A DNA stretch of 64,000 nucleotides from an uncultured Gammaproteobacteria bacterium (lineage in GTDB: Bacteria > Patescibacteriota > Patescibacteriia > Magasanikbacterales > GWA2-37-8), in NCBI GenBank assembly GCA_964540825.1, contig CAZINT010000002.1:477-64476 (forward strand). Reading direction: 5' to 3'. A program made the translations under genes and the position numbers. Shown in pieces: positions 18,889 through 27,598 of the stretch (position 1 is its first letter; every line of letters starts with the position of its first letter). Below the pieces are notes generated by a model. That model saw only the letters and a program-made list of their open reading frames with translations. It was not told the DNA's origin and did not search any database.

Positions 18889-19371
18889 ATGTGGCAAACA
18901 GTCATTTTCTTGGCTCTTGTCACGAGTCTGGTTGTGAGCTGCACCGCACTCGCCGAAAACAACCCGCCCCGCCAGGTGACAACTAGGTGGTATCCGTATC
19001 GCTACCAAGCCGATCGTAGGGATCCGGATTCCTGCATTGATAGCCCGAAGGTTGTCAAAGAGTTCAAGAAAGGGAATGTCCAGATTCTCTTCGTCGAGGA
19101 CCTGAATATTGCAATTGGGGAAGTCCATGGGTTGCATGATTATGTCCTCAAGTTACCGCTCGGAAAACTTTTAGAAGACGGGTCGGTTTATTATAAAGGG
19201 GAGATACGAGTCATGCTCGGAAGGCTGGTGTTGTACACCCGCCAAGCAAAACTAAGCGGGAGATTGTTCCAAAATGGTTTCGACTTCCGCGTAAAGTACT
19301 ACGATGAAGAGCTTGGGTGCTGGAAGGAGCGCTATCTGCGCAGCCCGGCAGTTCCGCCCACCAGCTCCTAG
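18889..19371 (+). CDS. Orphan secreted protein (GC-rich cassette)
   Basis: GGGAGG SD, N-terminal signal peptide, TTGACA upstream, and a long hairpin at 19376-19467. Confidence 0.65.
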   Translation: MWQTVIFLALVTSLVVSCTALAENNPPRQVTTRWYPYRYQADRRDPDSCIDSPKVVKEFKKGNVQILFVEDLNIAIGEVHGLHDYVLKLPLGKLLEDGSVYYKGEIRVMLGRLVLYTRQAKLSGRLFQNGFDFRVKYYDEELGCWKERYLRSPAVPPTSS

Positions 19372-19621
19372 GAAAGACATACCTAACCGCTTCTACCTGA
19401 AGCGTGCCCTCTTGGTCTCATCTGGGAAAAAGAGGATACTTCAGGTGGGAGCAGTCGCAGGAATGTTAGTTTGCGGCTCTAAAAAAATAAAAACACGATT
19501 GCTTAAAATCGTGTTTTTTATTTTAAAGACACGACTATTTTCATTGACATAAAATCAGTTTATTGCTACTCTTTATGGCAGAAAATGAGATACCCCGAAA
19601 AGGGTATTTTTTATATAGTAT

Positions 19622-20233
19622 ATGAACAAAAAACAACGCGTAGTTATAACCAAAGTATCAGCTTTACTGCTAGCAGGACTGGGAGTTTTGTTTTTGCCTT
19701 TGCGTGCTCATGCGGTTGTTACGGGTTACTCGGGTTCTACTTGCCCCACAACTACTATCTTAAATCAACTTTCGTTTCCGGGAGATCAGGGTATTTTTTT
19801 GACTTCGTTTAGTACCACCAGCTATTTAGGAGAGAATACCCCAGATTTGCTGGTGGTAGACAATCGCGCCGCCAGCATTGATGATTATTTTGCCGATCAC
19901 CAGATGCCGCTCGCCGGGTATGGGAAAACGTTTGTCGAAGTTGCTGATAGTTGCGGTATGGATTGGCGCTTGTTGCCGGCCATTGCCATTCAAGAATCGA
20001 CAGGCGGAAAGCGTATGGTTCGCAACAATCCGTTCGGCTGGGGGTCGGCTAAGATTGGTTTTGATTCGCTAGAAGCGGCTATTATCGTAGTCGGAAATAA
20101 TCTCTGTGGCAATGCGCCCGCCACTAAAAATTACTATAAAAATAAAACCACGGCCCAAAAATTATGGAGCTATAATGGCAGCGTATCGCCTTCGTATATT
20201 GGCCAAGTAATGCAGCTGATGAAACGATTTTAG
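19622..20233 (+). CDS. Secreted lysozyme-like/glucosaminidase-type cell wall hydrolase
   Basis: Signal peptide; DWRLLPAIAIQESTGGK...NNPFGWG...YN motifs. Confidence 0.75.
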   Translation: MNKKQRVVITKVSALLLAGLGVLFLPLRAHAVVTGYSGSTCPTTTILNQLSFPGDQGIFLTSFSTTSYLGENTPDLLVVDNRAASIDDYFADHQMPLAGYGKTFVEVADSCGMDWRLLPAIAIQESTGGKRMVRNNPFGWGSAKIGFDSLEAAIIVVGNNLCGNAPATKNYYKNKTTAQKLWSYNGSVSPSYIGQVMQLMKRF

Positions 20234-20282
20234 CGTAAAGCCTTAGCAGCTAGATTGGTTCAGCTCTTTTGACCAACATTTA

Positions 20283-20786
20283 TTACTCTAAAAAAGAATA
20301 TTTTTTTACCCAAGAAATTTTTTTCCACCATTTTCCAAATCCGTAATAATCTTCGGAACGGATAGTTGATTTGGCTATGCCAAGGAACATGATGGCGTAA
20401 ACAACATGTTCGTCAATAATCGGGTTATTTTCAGAGGGTAGTTTGGCAAGCCAAAGTATGAACATAAGGAGTGCGCCTAACTTGGCTGAAATTTTAATTG
20501 TAATGCCGAGAATAAGCGTACAGCTAATTCCTAGTAATCCCAGCATAAACAGCCAGTCTACGACCGTGCTTCCAGCAAGGGCATGAAAAAATGGCGCAAA
20601 TATCCCGTCTACTCCATAGGTCAAAAATCCTTTAGTCGGCGAAACGCCATTGATCCACGCCTTCCCAGGCACGGTAGCGAAACTAAGTCCGAAGGCTTTA
20701 TCTAAAAATGCCCATAAAAAAATTATTCCAAGCGAAAATCGGGCAGCTGTCCAAAGATATACATCGGCAATATAGGTCATATACAT
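20283..20786 (-). CDS. DoxX/TQO small subunit family membrane protein
   Basis: R..LG.IFLWAFLDK.FGL, SPTKGFL, VDWLFMLGL and NNPIIDEHVVY motifs. Confidence 0.85.
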   Translation of the reverse strand: MYMTYIADVYLWTAARFSLGIIFLWAFLDKAFGLSFATVPGKAWINGVSPTKGFLTYGVDGIFAPFFHALAGSTVVDWLFMLGLLGISCTLILGITIKISAKLGALLMFILWLAKLPSENNPIIDEHVVYAIMFLGIAKSTIRSEDYYGFGKWWKKISWVKKYSFLE

Positions 20787-20798
20787 TGTAGGTTATGT

Positions 20799-21506
20799 TT
20801 AGGCTAGACGCAGGCTTACTTTTTGAGCGTATTGCAAAAAAGTATGCGCAAGTACTTTCATTTCTTGTTCAGAAAAGGCATGAAAGCTTTTAAAAGAAGG
20901 CTTAAGCGTGATAGTGCTTCGAAATGATTGCAAAAATACCTGCTTGGCGCGATCCATCAGGCGAGCCATGTCTTCAAGTATGTGGTCGGGATGAATCTCT
21001 TTAATAAGGGTGCAGCGGAATTCATAGTCAAGGTTTCCGGCCTTAAGGAATTCAATGCTCTTTTGGATTGCTTCGGGATTCACTGCCGGACCTACTAATG
21101 AGGGGTATTCGGCCAGACTTGTTTTAATATCCATGGCAACATAATCGACAACACCTGAAGTGACTGCCTGCCGAAGTACGTCAGGACGATTGCCGTTAGT
21201 ATCCAACTTTACTAGGTAACCAAGCGATTTTATGGTATCCATAAATGGAATAAGATCCGGCATAATAGTGGGTTCGCCGCCGCTAATCACTACACCATCC
21301 AAGAAACCGCGCCGTTCATTTAAAAAATTAAATACAGCGGTTTCCGGAATAAAACTGTTTTTGAGTTGTATAATTTTTTCCGGCAAAACAAACTCGGGGT
21401 TATGACAGTAGCCGCATCGAAAATTACAGCCGGGGGTAAAAATAATGCAGGCTGTTTTTTCAGGATAATCAACGAGCGTGAACTGCTCGATTCCGGAGAT
21501 AAGCAT
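20799..21506 (-). CDS. nrdG: Anaerobic ribonucleotide reductase activating enzyme (radical SAM)
   Basis: TLVDYP...GCNFRCGYCHNP, GVVISGGEPT and KLDTNG; adjacent to nrdD. Confidence 0.92.
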   Translation of the reverse strand: MLISGIEQFTLVDYPEKTACIIFTPGCNFRCGYCHNPEFVLPEKIIQLKNSFIPETAVFNFLNERRGFLDGVVISGGEPTIMPDLIPFMDTIKSLGYLVKLDTNGNRPDVLRQAVTSGVVDYVAMDIKTSLAEYPSLVGPAVNPEAIQKSIEFLKAGNLDYEFRCTLIKEIHPDHILEDMARLMDRAKQVFLQSFRSTITLKPSFKSFHAFSEQEMKVLAHTFLQYAQKVSLRLA

Positions 21507-21518
21507 ATACCCAGTTTG

Positions 21519-21701
21519 TTAAACATTGGTGGTGTAGCGTGCGGTAAACTCGGAGTTAGCCGCTACACATTCTTCAAAATGTTTGCGTGAATAATGTTCC
21601 GACTTTTTGCCGATGTTGAAATGCGATACCGGGCGGTGGTAGCCCATCACCCGTGTCCATACTTCACACCGTGTTCGTTCAGCTAGTTGTTCTTTTTCCA
21701 T
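21519..21701 (-). CDS. Stand-alone NrdD glycyl-radical domain
   Basis: CEVWTRVMGYHRPVSHFNIGKKSE is the C-terminal Gly-radical loop of class III RNR. Confidence 0.9.
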   Translation of the reverse strand: MEKEQLAERTRCEVWTRVMGYHRPVSHFNIGKKSEHYSRKHFEECVAANSEFTARYTTNV

Positions 21702-21721
21702 AGTTTTTTATTTAATAATAA

Positions 21722-23839
21722 TTATTGAGCAGGTTGAGCGCTGGCATATTTTTCCAGCAGAACAGTGTCGTGCCGAGTGGCTTCTCGAATACCGAGCTTG
21801 GCATCACACGTTGGGCACCAGTCCCATTCACCGGCCAGATAGCCGTGTTTTGGGCAAATAGAAAATGTCGGTGTTATGGTGATGTAGGGAAGTTTAAAAT
21901 TCGTTAGCACTTTGCGTACCAGATTTCTGCAGGCCGAACCGCTCGAAATTCGTTCGCTCATATAACAATGCAAAACTGTTCCGCCAGTATATTTGGTTTG
22001 AAGCTTGTCCTGAAGCGTCAGTGCTTCAAAGACATCGTCGGTATAGCCCACCGGAAGCTGTGACGAGTTGGTGTAGTAGGGGGCATCCTTTGTGCCCGCT
22101 TGAAGAATATCTGAAAAACGTTTTTGATCTTCTTTGGCAAAGCGATAGGTTGTGCCTTCGGCCGGGGTAGCTTCTAGGTTGTAGAGGTTTTTAGTTTCTG
22201 TTTGGAAATCCTGCAGTTTAGCGCGCATAACATCAAGGGCACGAGCGGCAAATTCCTGACCCCATGGGGTGGCAATATTTTCTTTACCGTCAGTAAAATT
22301 GCGAATTGCTTCATTAAGACCATTAATACCAATGGTTGAGAAATGATTTTTCAAATAACCCAGGTAACGCTTGGTGTAGGGGAAGAGACCGGCGGCGATC
22401 CACTTTTGAATTTCTTTGCGTTTTATTTCCAGCGAAGTTTTGGCCAGTTCCATGAGGTGTAAGAGACGGGAAAAAAATTGTTCTTCATTGCCCCGCGCCA
22501 CATACCCAATGCGCGCGCTATTTATAGTCACGACACCAATGGACCCGGTCATTTCGGCTGATCCAAATAACCCCCCGCCGCGTTTGCGCAATTCTTTCAT
22601 ATCGAGCTGCAATCGACAGCACATGGAGCGAACATCGCCGGGATTTAAACTGGAGTTAATAAAATTTTGAAAGTAGGGCGTGCCGTATTTGGCAGTCATT
22701 TCAAACAGCGGTAGATTTTTGGGATCTTCCCAATCAAAATCTTTAGTAATATTGTACGTTGGGATGGGGAAAGTGAAGGTGCGGCCTTTGCTGTCACCCT
22801 CGGTCATTACTTCAATAAATGCCCGGTTAATAATATTCATTTCTTTTTCCAGCTCACCAAAAGTATAGGCAAACGGTTTGCCGCCAAGGATAAGCTGCTT
22901 AGGCTTTAAATCTTCCGGACAATTCCAATCAAGCGTGATATTAGTAAACGGTGTCTGCGTGCCCCACCGCGAGGGAATGTTAAGGTTGAAGACAAATGAC
23001 TGCATGTTTTGATAGACGTATTCATATACTTTGCGATCAATATATTTTTCTTGTGCTTCGGGAGAAGGGAAGGTAACGCACTCATTACGCAGATCGTTTT
23101 CAAGCTCTAGAGCGTATTTTTTTACAAACGGTGCCAAATAGGTATCAAAGCTTGAAAATGCCTGTGCTCCGGCCCATTCGTTTTGGAGTGTCCCCAAAAA
23201 ATTAACCATTTGAGCTACTGCTGACGATAAGTGTTTGGGTGGACCTGATTCAATCTTATCAGGGACGCCGTTAAAACCTTCTTCAAGAAGTACGCGCAAA
23301 CTCCATCCGGCGCAGTAGCCCGAGAACATATCTAAATCATGAATGTGCAGATCGGCATTCCGATGGGCGTCGCCAATTTCGGCCGGATAGATGTGCGAAA
23401 GCCAGTAGTTTGCCGTCACCTTGCCGGCGGTATTTAAAATCATCCCGCCCAGCGAGTAGCCCTGGTTTGAGTTGGCGTTAACGCGCCAATCTAACCGGTT
23501 GAGATATTCGCCGATGGTTTTTTCTACTTCCACGACTACATTTTTTTCGCTGCGTACCTCGCCGCGTTTTGCTCGGTAGAGGATATAGGCCTTAGCCGCT
23601 GCCGCCAGATTCGCTTCGATCAATGTTTGTTCTACAATATCCTGCACGTCTTCTACTGAAGGTATGGTGCATACAAATCGTTCCTCTAAGGCTGCCTGAG
23701 CCTTTACAGCTAAAGTTAGCGTCGGAATGTCTGATGCCTGCTCGGCAGCAAGCATTGCCTTTTGGATGGCGATCACAATCTTAGAAAGATTGAAATCAAC
23801 AATCGCCCCATTTCTTTTTTGAATTTTATACACGGGCAT
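21722..23839 (-). CDS. nrdD: Class III (anaerobic) ribonucleoside-triphosphate reductase with ATP cone
   Basis: ATP cone (IQKRNG...VEDVQDIVE...KAYILYR), HIHDL, YCAGWS, SMCCRL, EATPAE, YTGGT and the C..HGY...CP.C zinc site. Confidence 0.95.
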   Translation of the reverse strand: MPVYKIQKRNGAIVDFNLSKIVIAIQKAMLAAEQASDIPTLTLAVKAQAALEERFVCTIPSVEDVQDIVEQTLIEANLAAAAKAYILYRAKRGEVRSEKNVVVEVEKTIGEYLNRLDWRVNANSNQGYSLGGMILNTAGKVTANYWLSHIYPAEIGDAHRNADLHIHDLDMFSGYCAGWSLRVLLEEGFNGVPDKIESGPPKHLSSAVAQMVNFLGTLQNEWAGAQAFSSFDTYLAPFVKKYALELENDLRNECVTFPSPEAQEKYIDRKVYEYVYQNMQSFVFNLNIPSRWGTQTPFTNITLDWNCPEDLKPKQLILGGKPFAYTFGELEKEMNIINRAFIEVMTEGDSKGRTFTFPIPTYNITKDFDWEDPKNLPLFEMTAKYGTPYFQNFINSSLNPGDVRSMCCRLQLDMKELRKRGGGLFGSAEMTGSIGVVTINSARIGYVARGNEEQFFSRLLHLMELAKTSLEIKRKEIQKWIAAGLFPYTKRYLGYLKNHFSTIGINGLNEAIRNFTDGKENIATPWGQEFAARALDVMRAKLQDFQTETKNLYNLEATPAEGTTYRFAKEDQKRFSDILQAGTKDAPYYTNSSQLPVGYTDDVFEALTLQDKLQTKYTGGTVLHCYMSERISSGSACRNLVRKVLTNFKLPYITITPTFSICPKHGYLAGEWDWCPTCDAKLGIREATRHDTVLLEKYASAQPAQ

Positions 23840-23863
23840 ATACAAATAAATAAAAAGAGTAAT

Positions 23864-24955
23864 TTATGCTTCTACACCAACTGCTTCTGAAATATTTTTA
23901 AAACCGTCCTTTGTCATTAGTTTAATAAGTTCTTTATTAATTTTGCTTATTGCCAACGGTCCGCCGTAAATAAAACCGGTTACAAGTTGTACTGCACTAG
24001 CACCCGCTTTAATTTTATGGTAGGCATCTTTTGCGGTGAAAATGCCGCCAACGCCAATTATTTTGAGTTTGCCCTTGCTGAGGCGATACAATGTACGAAT
24101 GGTCTGCGTACTCATCGTTTGCAAATGTTTTCCGGAAATTCCTCCGGGGTGATGGAGTTCATCAGGTGTACTTTTAAACGCTATATCTGAGCGATCCTTG
24201 ATGAGATTGGTGGCGATAATTCCAGTTATTTTTGCTTCAAGCGCGCACGTAACAATTTTAGAAAGGTCGCTATCACTAAGGCGGGGTCCTATTTTTATAA
24301 AGACATCTTTCCGGCTGCCCGTTTTGTTTCGGTGTTCTGAAAGCATGGTAAGTAATAGTTTTATGAACGAAATTTGAGAAAAAATGCTCTCACCAGCCAC
24401 ATTCGGACAGCTTACATTAAGCGTGATGTAGTCGGCGCTGCCCTCAACTGCCGAAAACGTCTTAAGATAATCCTCAGCCATTGCCGGGCCACTCAGTCCA
24501 TTGCTTGGGGCAATACTGATTCCATAGGGGATGCGGTGTGGCTGTATTTCTTTGTAGCGATCTAACGTTTTTTGTGCGCCATCGTTGGCTAAGCCGTAGT
24601 GAACGATGAGCCCTTTATCGTTCGGCAACCTCCAGAGCCGCGGTTTGGGATTGCCCTCCTGGCGAGTAAAGGTTATCGATCCCAGTTCGGCCCACCCAAA
24701 TCCCAGCATGGGGTAGGCGAGCGGCGCATCAATATATTTATCAAATCCCGCTGCGAGTCCGACGGGATTGGGGAGACGAAGATGTCCTAGTGAAATACGC
24801 AGTCGGTTGTCGTGTACTTGTAAAAACTGCGCACCTATTTTGCTGAGCAGCGGACGTTTGCTTGCTGCGCCAAGGAGGCGCAATGCTGTTTCGTGAATGC
24901 TTTCAGGATCAGTGTAGGTAAAAAGAAGTGGGCGAATACAGTGTGTATAAAACAT
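23864..24955 (-). CDS. pyrD: Quinone-dependent (class 2) dihydroorotate dehydrogenase
   Basis: DPESIHE, NPVGLAAGFDK, QEGNPKPRLWRL, NVSCPN, GGISG and IIGVGGI motifs. Confidence 0.92.
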   Translation of the reverse strand: MFYTHCIRPLLFTYTDPESIHETALRLLGAASKRPLLSKIGAQFLQVHDNRLRISLGHLRLPNPVGLAAGFDKYIDAPLAYPMLGFGWAELGSITFTRQEGNPKPRLWRLPNDKGLIVHYGLANDGAQKTLDRYKEIQPHRIPYGISIAPSNGLSGPAMAEDYLKTFSAVEGSADYITLNVSCPNVAGESIFSQISFIKLLLTMLSEHRNKTGSRKDVFIKIGPRLSDSDLSKIVTCALEAKITGIIATNLIKDRSDIAFKSTPDELHHPGGISGKHLQTMSTQTIRTLYRLSKGKLKIIGVGGIFTAKDAYHKIKAGASAVQLVTGFIYGGPLAISKINKELIKLMTKDGFKNISEAVGVEA

Positions 24956-24957
24956 AG

Positions 24958-25004
24958 AAAAAAATAAAAACTCCCTTTGGGGGAGCTTCAGGAGCTTCGG
25001 AGAC
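24958..25004 (-). terminator. Attenuator-like element: tandem GAAGCTCC repeat overlapping an intrinsic terminator
   Basis: Minus strand reads GTCTCC-GAAGCTCC-T-GAAGCTCC-CCCAAAGGGAG-TTTTTATTTTTTT-CT-ATG(pyrD). Confidence 0.65.
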
Positions 25005-25022
25005 TAAACGTTTAAAGTGTGC

Positions 25023-25241
25023 CTATGAGGCATGCTTAGTATCAGCTGCGGCGGCAACCGTTATGCGATGGGGACAGGGAAATACGGCGCACAGAAGTTC
25101 GTTAAACGCGCTGCTCTTAACCGTAGTCATTGCGTGGCAATGTTTGCAGCGAACCTCTACTACGCTTTCGACCAGCGCTCCTTTAAATAATAATTTTTTA
25201 CACTGCTCGCAGCGGTATTCTTTGAGACAAACAGTTGTCAT
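25023..25241 (-). CDS. Com-family (phage Mu Com-like) zinc-finger protein
   Basis: KEYRCEQCKKLLFKG...VEVRCKHCH matches the Com pattern; extra C-x4-C-x-H tail. Confidence 0.8.
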   Translation of the reverse strand: MTTVCLKEYRCEQCKKLLFKGALVESVVEVRCKHCHAMTTVKSSAFNELLCAVFPCPHRITVAAAADTKHAS

Positions 25242-25259
25242 AGGCTTACAAAACTTATA

Positions 25260-25307
25260 ATCCTATATGTAGTGGATAAGGCAGGTATACAGCACTACGT
25301 ATTGTGT
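25260..25307. promoter_or_regulatory. Tandem NrdR boxes
   Basis: ATCCTATATGTAGTGG (25260-25275) and GCACTACGTATTGTGT (25292-25307) match acaCwAtATaTwGtgt and lie 32 bp apart, upstream of the RNR genes. Confidence 0.75.
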
Positions 25308-25312
25308 TTACT

Positions 25313-25356
25313 AGTATAGCAGATCTCAGCCGAGGCGACAATCATACAGTGGATAA
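25313..25356 (-). promoter_or_regulatory. Sigma-70 promoter of the com-pyrD-nrd operon with an adjacent DnaA-like box
   Basis: TTGTCG-17 bp-TATACT with TG extension; TTATCCACT at 25348-25356 and a second copy at 25271-25279. Confidence 0.6.
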
Positions 25357-25359
25357 TTT

Positions 25360-25824
25360 TTATTTTAAAACATACAGCACCAATAAAAAAAGTCCGCCCC
25401 ACCACCCAAGATCTGAAATAATAAGGCTGACAGCAATTTTTCTCTGCCAGCTTGAAGGCAGCAATTCACTGGCATTACCAGCTTTTTCGCGGGCAAGTAA
25501 AAAAGGACTGACGCTCAATGAAAGAAAACAGCCGTTAAGAATAAGTATGACTGCTAAAAGGGCGTGAATCCCCGGGATACCGTACAAACCCTCGTGGCGG
25601 TACAAAATACTGCCTCCGAGAATCGCCAAAAATATGCCTGCCCAAATCATCGGCTTGGTGACTTTGTGGGTGCGCGTGGTAGCTTCAGTCCAGTAGCGTG
25701 ATTTTCTTCCCAAAAAGCCATGAATATCAATAACTGTAACCGCCCCGAGTCCGATAACAAAACCAGCTAGGAAAAGAAACAATCCTAGAGTGTCCAAAAT
25801 ATTAATTGAGTCTATAAATTGCAT
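25360..25824 (-). CDS. Hypothetical four-TM membrane protein
   Basis: Hydrophobic helices; co-oriented and overlapping with the tspO end; start uncertain. Confidence 0.7.
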   Translation of the reverse strand: MQFIDSINILDTLGLFLFLAGFVIGLGAVTVIDIHGFLGRKSRYWTEATTRTHKVTKPMIWAGIFLAILGGSILYRHEGLYGIPGIHALLAVILILNGCFLSLSVSPFLLAREKAGNASELLPSSWQRKIAVSLIISDLGWWGGLFLLVLYVLK

Positions 25825-26302
25825 AATTAAGATATGAGGCAAAACTTACCCATAGTATATAAGGAATAAGAAGGGCAGCGGCGGGCTTGGAAATTTTGGC
25901 AAAAGTAACGATGCAGGCGGCAATACTTATCCATAAAAGGGCAATTTCGGCTAAGGCCAAACCGAGTGTGTGAGCATTAAAAAACAAAAATGACCAGATA
26001 AAGTTTAAAGCAAGCTGTACTCCAAAAAGCACCAAAGAAATTTTTGCTTGTCGATGAGTGTGTCGTCGTTCCCAAATAAGAAAAGCGGCTACTCCCATCA
26101 AAAAATAGAGCGCTGTCCATACCGGTCCAAAGATCCAGGAAGGAGGCTGCAAAGCGGGTTTCACAAGCGTGGCGTACCAGGTTGGTATCGCGGGAGTTGT
26201 AAAAACAGCGCCAATAATTCCCACTAATTCACATACACCGATAAAAACGCAAAGCGCTATACTTTTTTTAAGTTTGTCGTTTTTAAAAAATGACATATCC
26301 AT
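25802..26302 (-). CDS. tspO: TspO/MBR tryptophan-rich sensory protein
   Basis: WYATLVKP..QPPSWIFGPVWTALY, QLALNFIWSFLFF and PYILWVSFA motifs. Confidence 0.93.
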   Translation of the reverse strand: MDMSFFKNDKLKKSIALCVFIGVCELVGIIGAVFTTPAIPTWYATLVKPALQPPSWIFGPVWTALYFLMGVAAFLIWERRHTHRQAKISLVLFGVQLALNFIWSFLFFNAHTLGLALAEIALLWISIAACIVTFAKISKPAAALLIPYILWVSFASYLNYAIYRLN

Positions 26303-26305
26303 TGG

Positions 26306-27313
26306 TTATAGAGAAACAACATTTTGCGCCTTGCCCTCTCTGAAGGAAATAATATTTTCTACAGTCACGTCAATAATTCTTTGCAGGGCTTCGGTGCTAT
26401 TAAAGGCATTGTGCGGTGTTACAATAGTATTTGGATGGTCAATGATAAGATTGTTGATAAGTGAGGTTTTAAATTTAGTTGCCGGGTCTGTGCTCGCCAT
26501 AATTTTTTCAATGTGTTGCAATAAATTTTCATCTTCCAGAACATCAAGTCCGGCGCCGGCAAGCGTGCCGTTATTAAGGGCTTCAAGCAGAGCTTCTGGG
26601 TCAACCAGACCACCTCGAGCGGTGTTAACAAGCATGCTACCCTGCTTCATGAGTTTAAGTGTGTCTTTATTGATGAGATGTTCTGTGGCCGGAAATAAAG
26701 GGATGTGAAGGGTCAGAATGTCGGCCTGGCTGAGCACGTCCTCGAGCGAAGCGTATGTATAACCAAGCTCTTTTGCAAAGGTGCCGTTAGGCTTGGTGTC
26801 ATAGGCTACGACGTTCATTTCAAAGCCTTTGGCAATACGAATAACGTGATAACCGATTTTTCCAGTACCAATAACCCCGAGCGTCTTATCTTTAAGATCA
26901 ATTCCGCGAAGCCCTTCAAAGTCAAAAGCACCTTCTTTTACCCGTTTGACGGATTGAAATAATTTTCGGGTGAGTCCGAGTATGAGTGCAAAGGTATGTT
27001 CAGCAACGGTATTTTCTCCATACGTTGGGACGTTTGAAACCACTACGCCTTTTTTCCGCGCTGTTTCAAGATCAATGTGATCGAATCCTGTGCTCATGGT
27101 GACGATGTACTTGAGGCGGGGAAGGGCGGCGATAATTGTTTCGGTGACCGTGGAATTAATAAAAACAACAAGAATTTCTGTTTCAGGATTAAGATTATCA
27201 AGCGAAATCATTCCTTCGTGCACATCGATATGGTACGAAGTCAATTTATTTTTAGCATAATCGTTCAGCTCTCTCCAAAGTCCGTAAAAAGCAATTGTTT
27301 GAACAGCAGACAT
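26306..27313 (-). CDS. D-isomer-specific 2-hydroxyacid dehydrogenase (D-lactate dehydrogenase-like)
   Basis: STGFDHIDL, VAEHTFAL, GTGKIG, NTARGG, GLDVLEDE and TPHNAF motifs. Confidence 0.9.
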   Translation of the reverse strand: MSAVQTIAFYGLWRELNDYAKNKLTSYHIDVHEGMISLDNLNPETEILVVFINSTVTETIIAALPRLKYIVTMSTGFDHIDLETARKKGVVVSNVPTYGENTVAEHTFALILGLTRKLFQSVKRVKEGAFDFEGLRGIDLKDKTLGVIGTGKIGYHVIRIAKGFEMNVVAYDTKPNGTFAKELGYTYASLEDVLSQADILTLHIPLFPATEHLINKDTLKLMKQGSMLVNTARGGLVDPEALLEALNNGTLAGAGLDVLEDENLLQHIEKIMASTDPATKFKTSLINNLIIDHPNTIVTPHNAFNSTEALQRIIDVTVENIISFREGKAQNVVSL

Positions 27314-27598
27314 AGCTTAAAAATAAAAAATAATTCTTCGTCTTTACAATATCACTTTCTGATGATTTAGTCACCAACCGAAAAAGTCGTCAACTATCGC
27401 GTTCAGAAATACGCCTATTTTAGACCTAATGTGTAACAAGCGGTAGTAGTGTGAGTAGTTGTATTTAATGTGGTAAAGCAGTATACTGCTTCTGAAATCG
27501 TTGCTAGTTTTTAACCAGCAAGTTGGTTAAGCAGTTTCTGAATTTATCAGTGTTAGGGGGTAATTTGTTCGCAGCATTGTTTTAAAAGCTTTGTGTAT

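Noticed and set aside
19381-19471. Integron attC site
   Set aside because: RYYYAAC is present, but the right core is GTTAGTT, the spacing to the inner stem is too long, and no IntI is in the window. Kept only as an unexplained hairpin.
25023-25241. Prophage remnant suggested by the Com-like gene
   Set aside because: No phage structural, mom or transposase genes are nearby, and the gene sits under host NrdR boxes.
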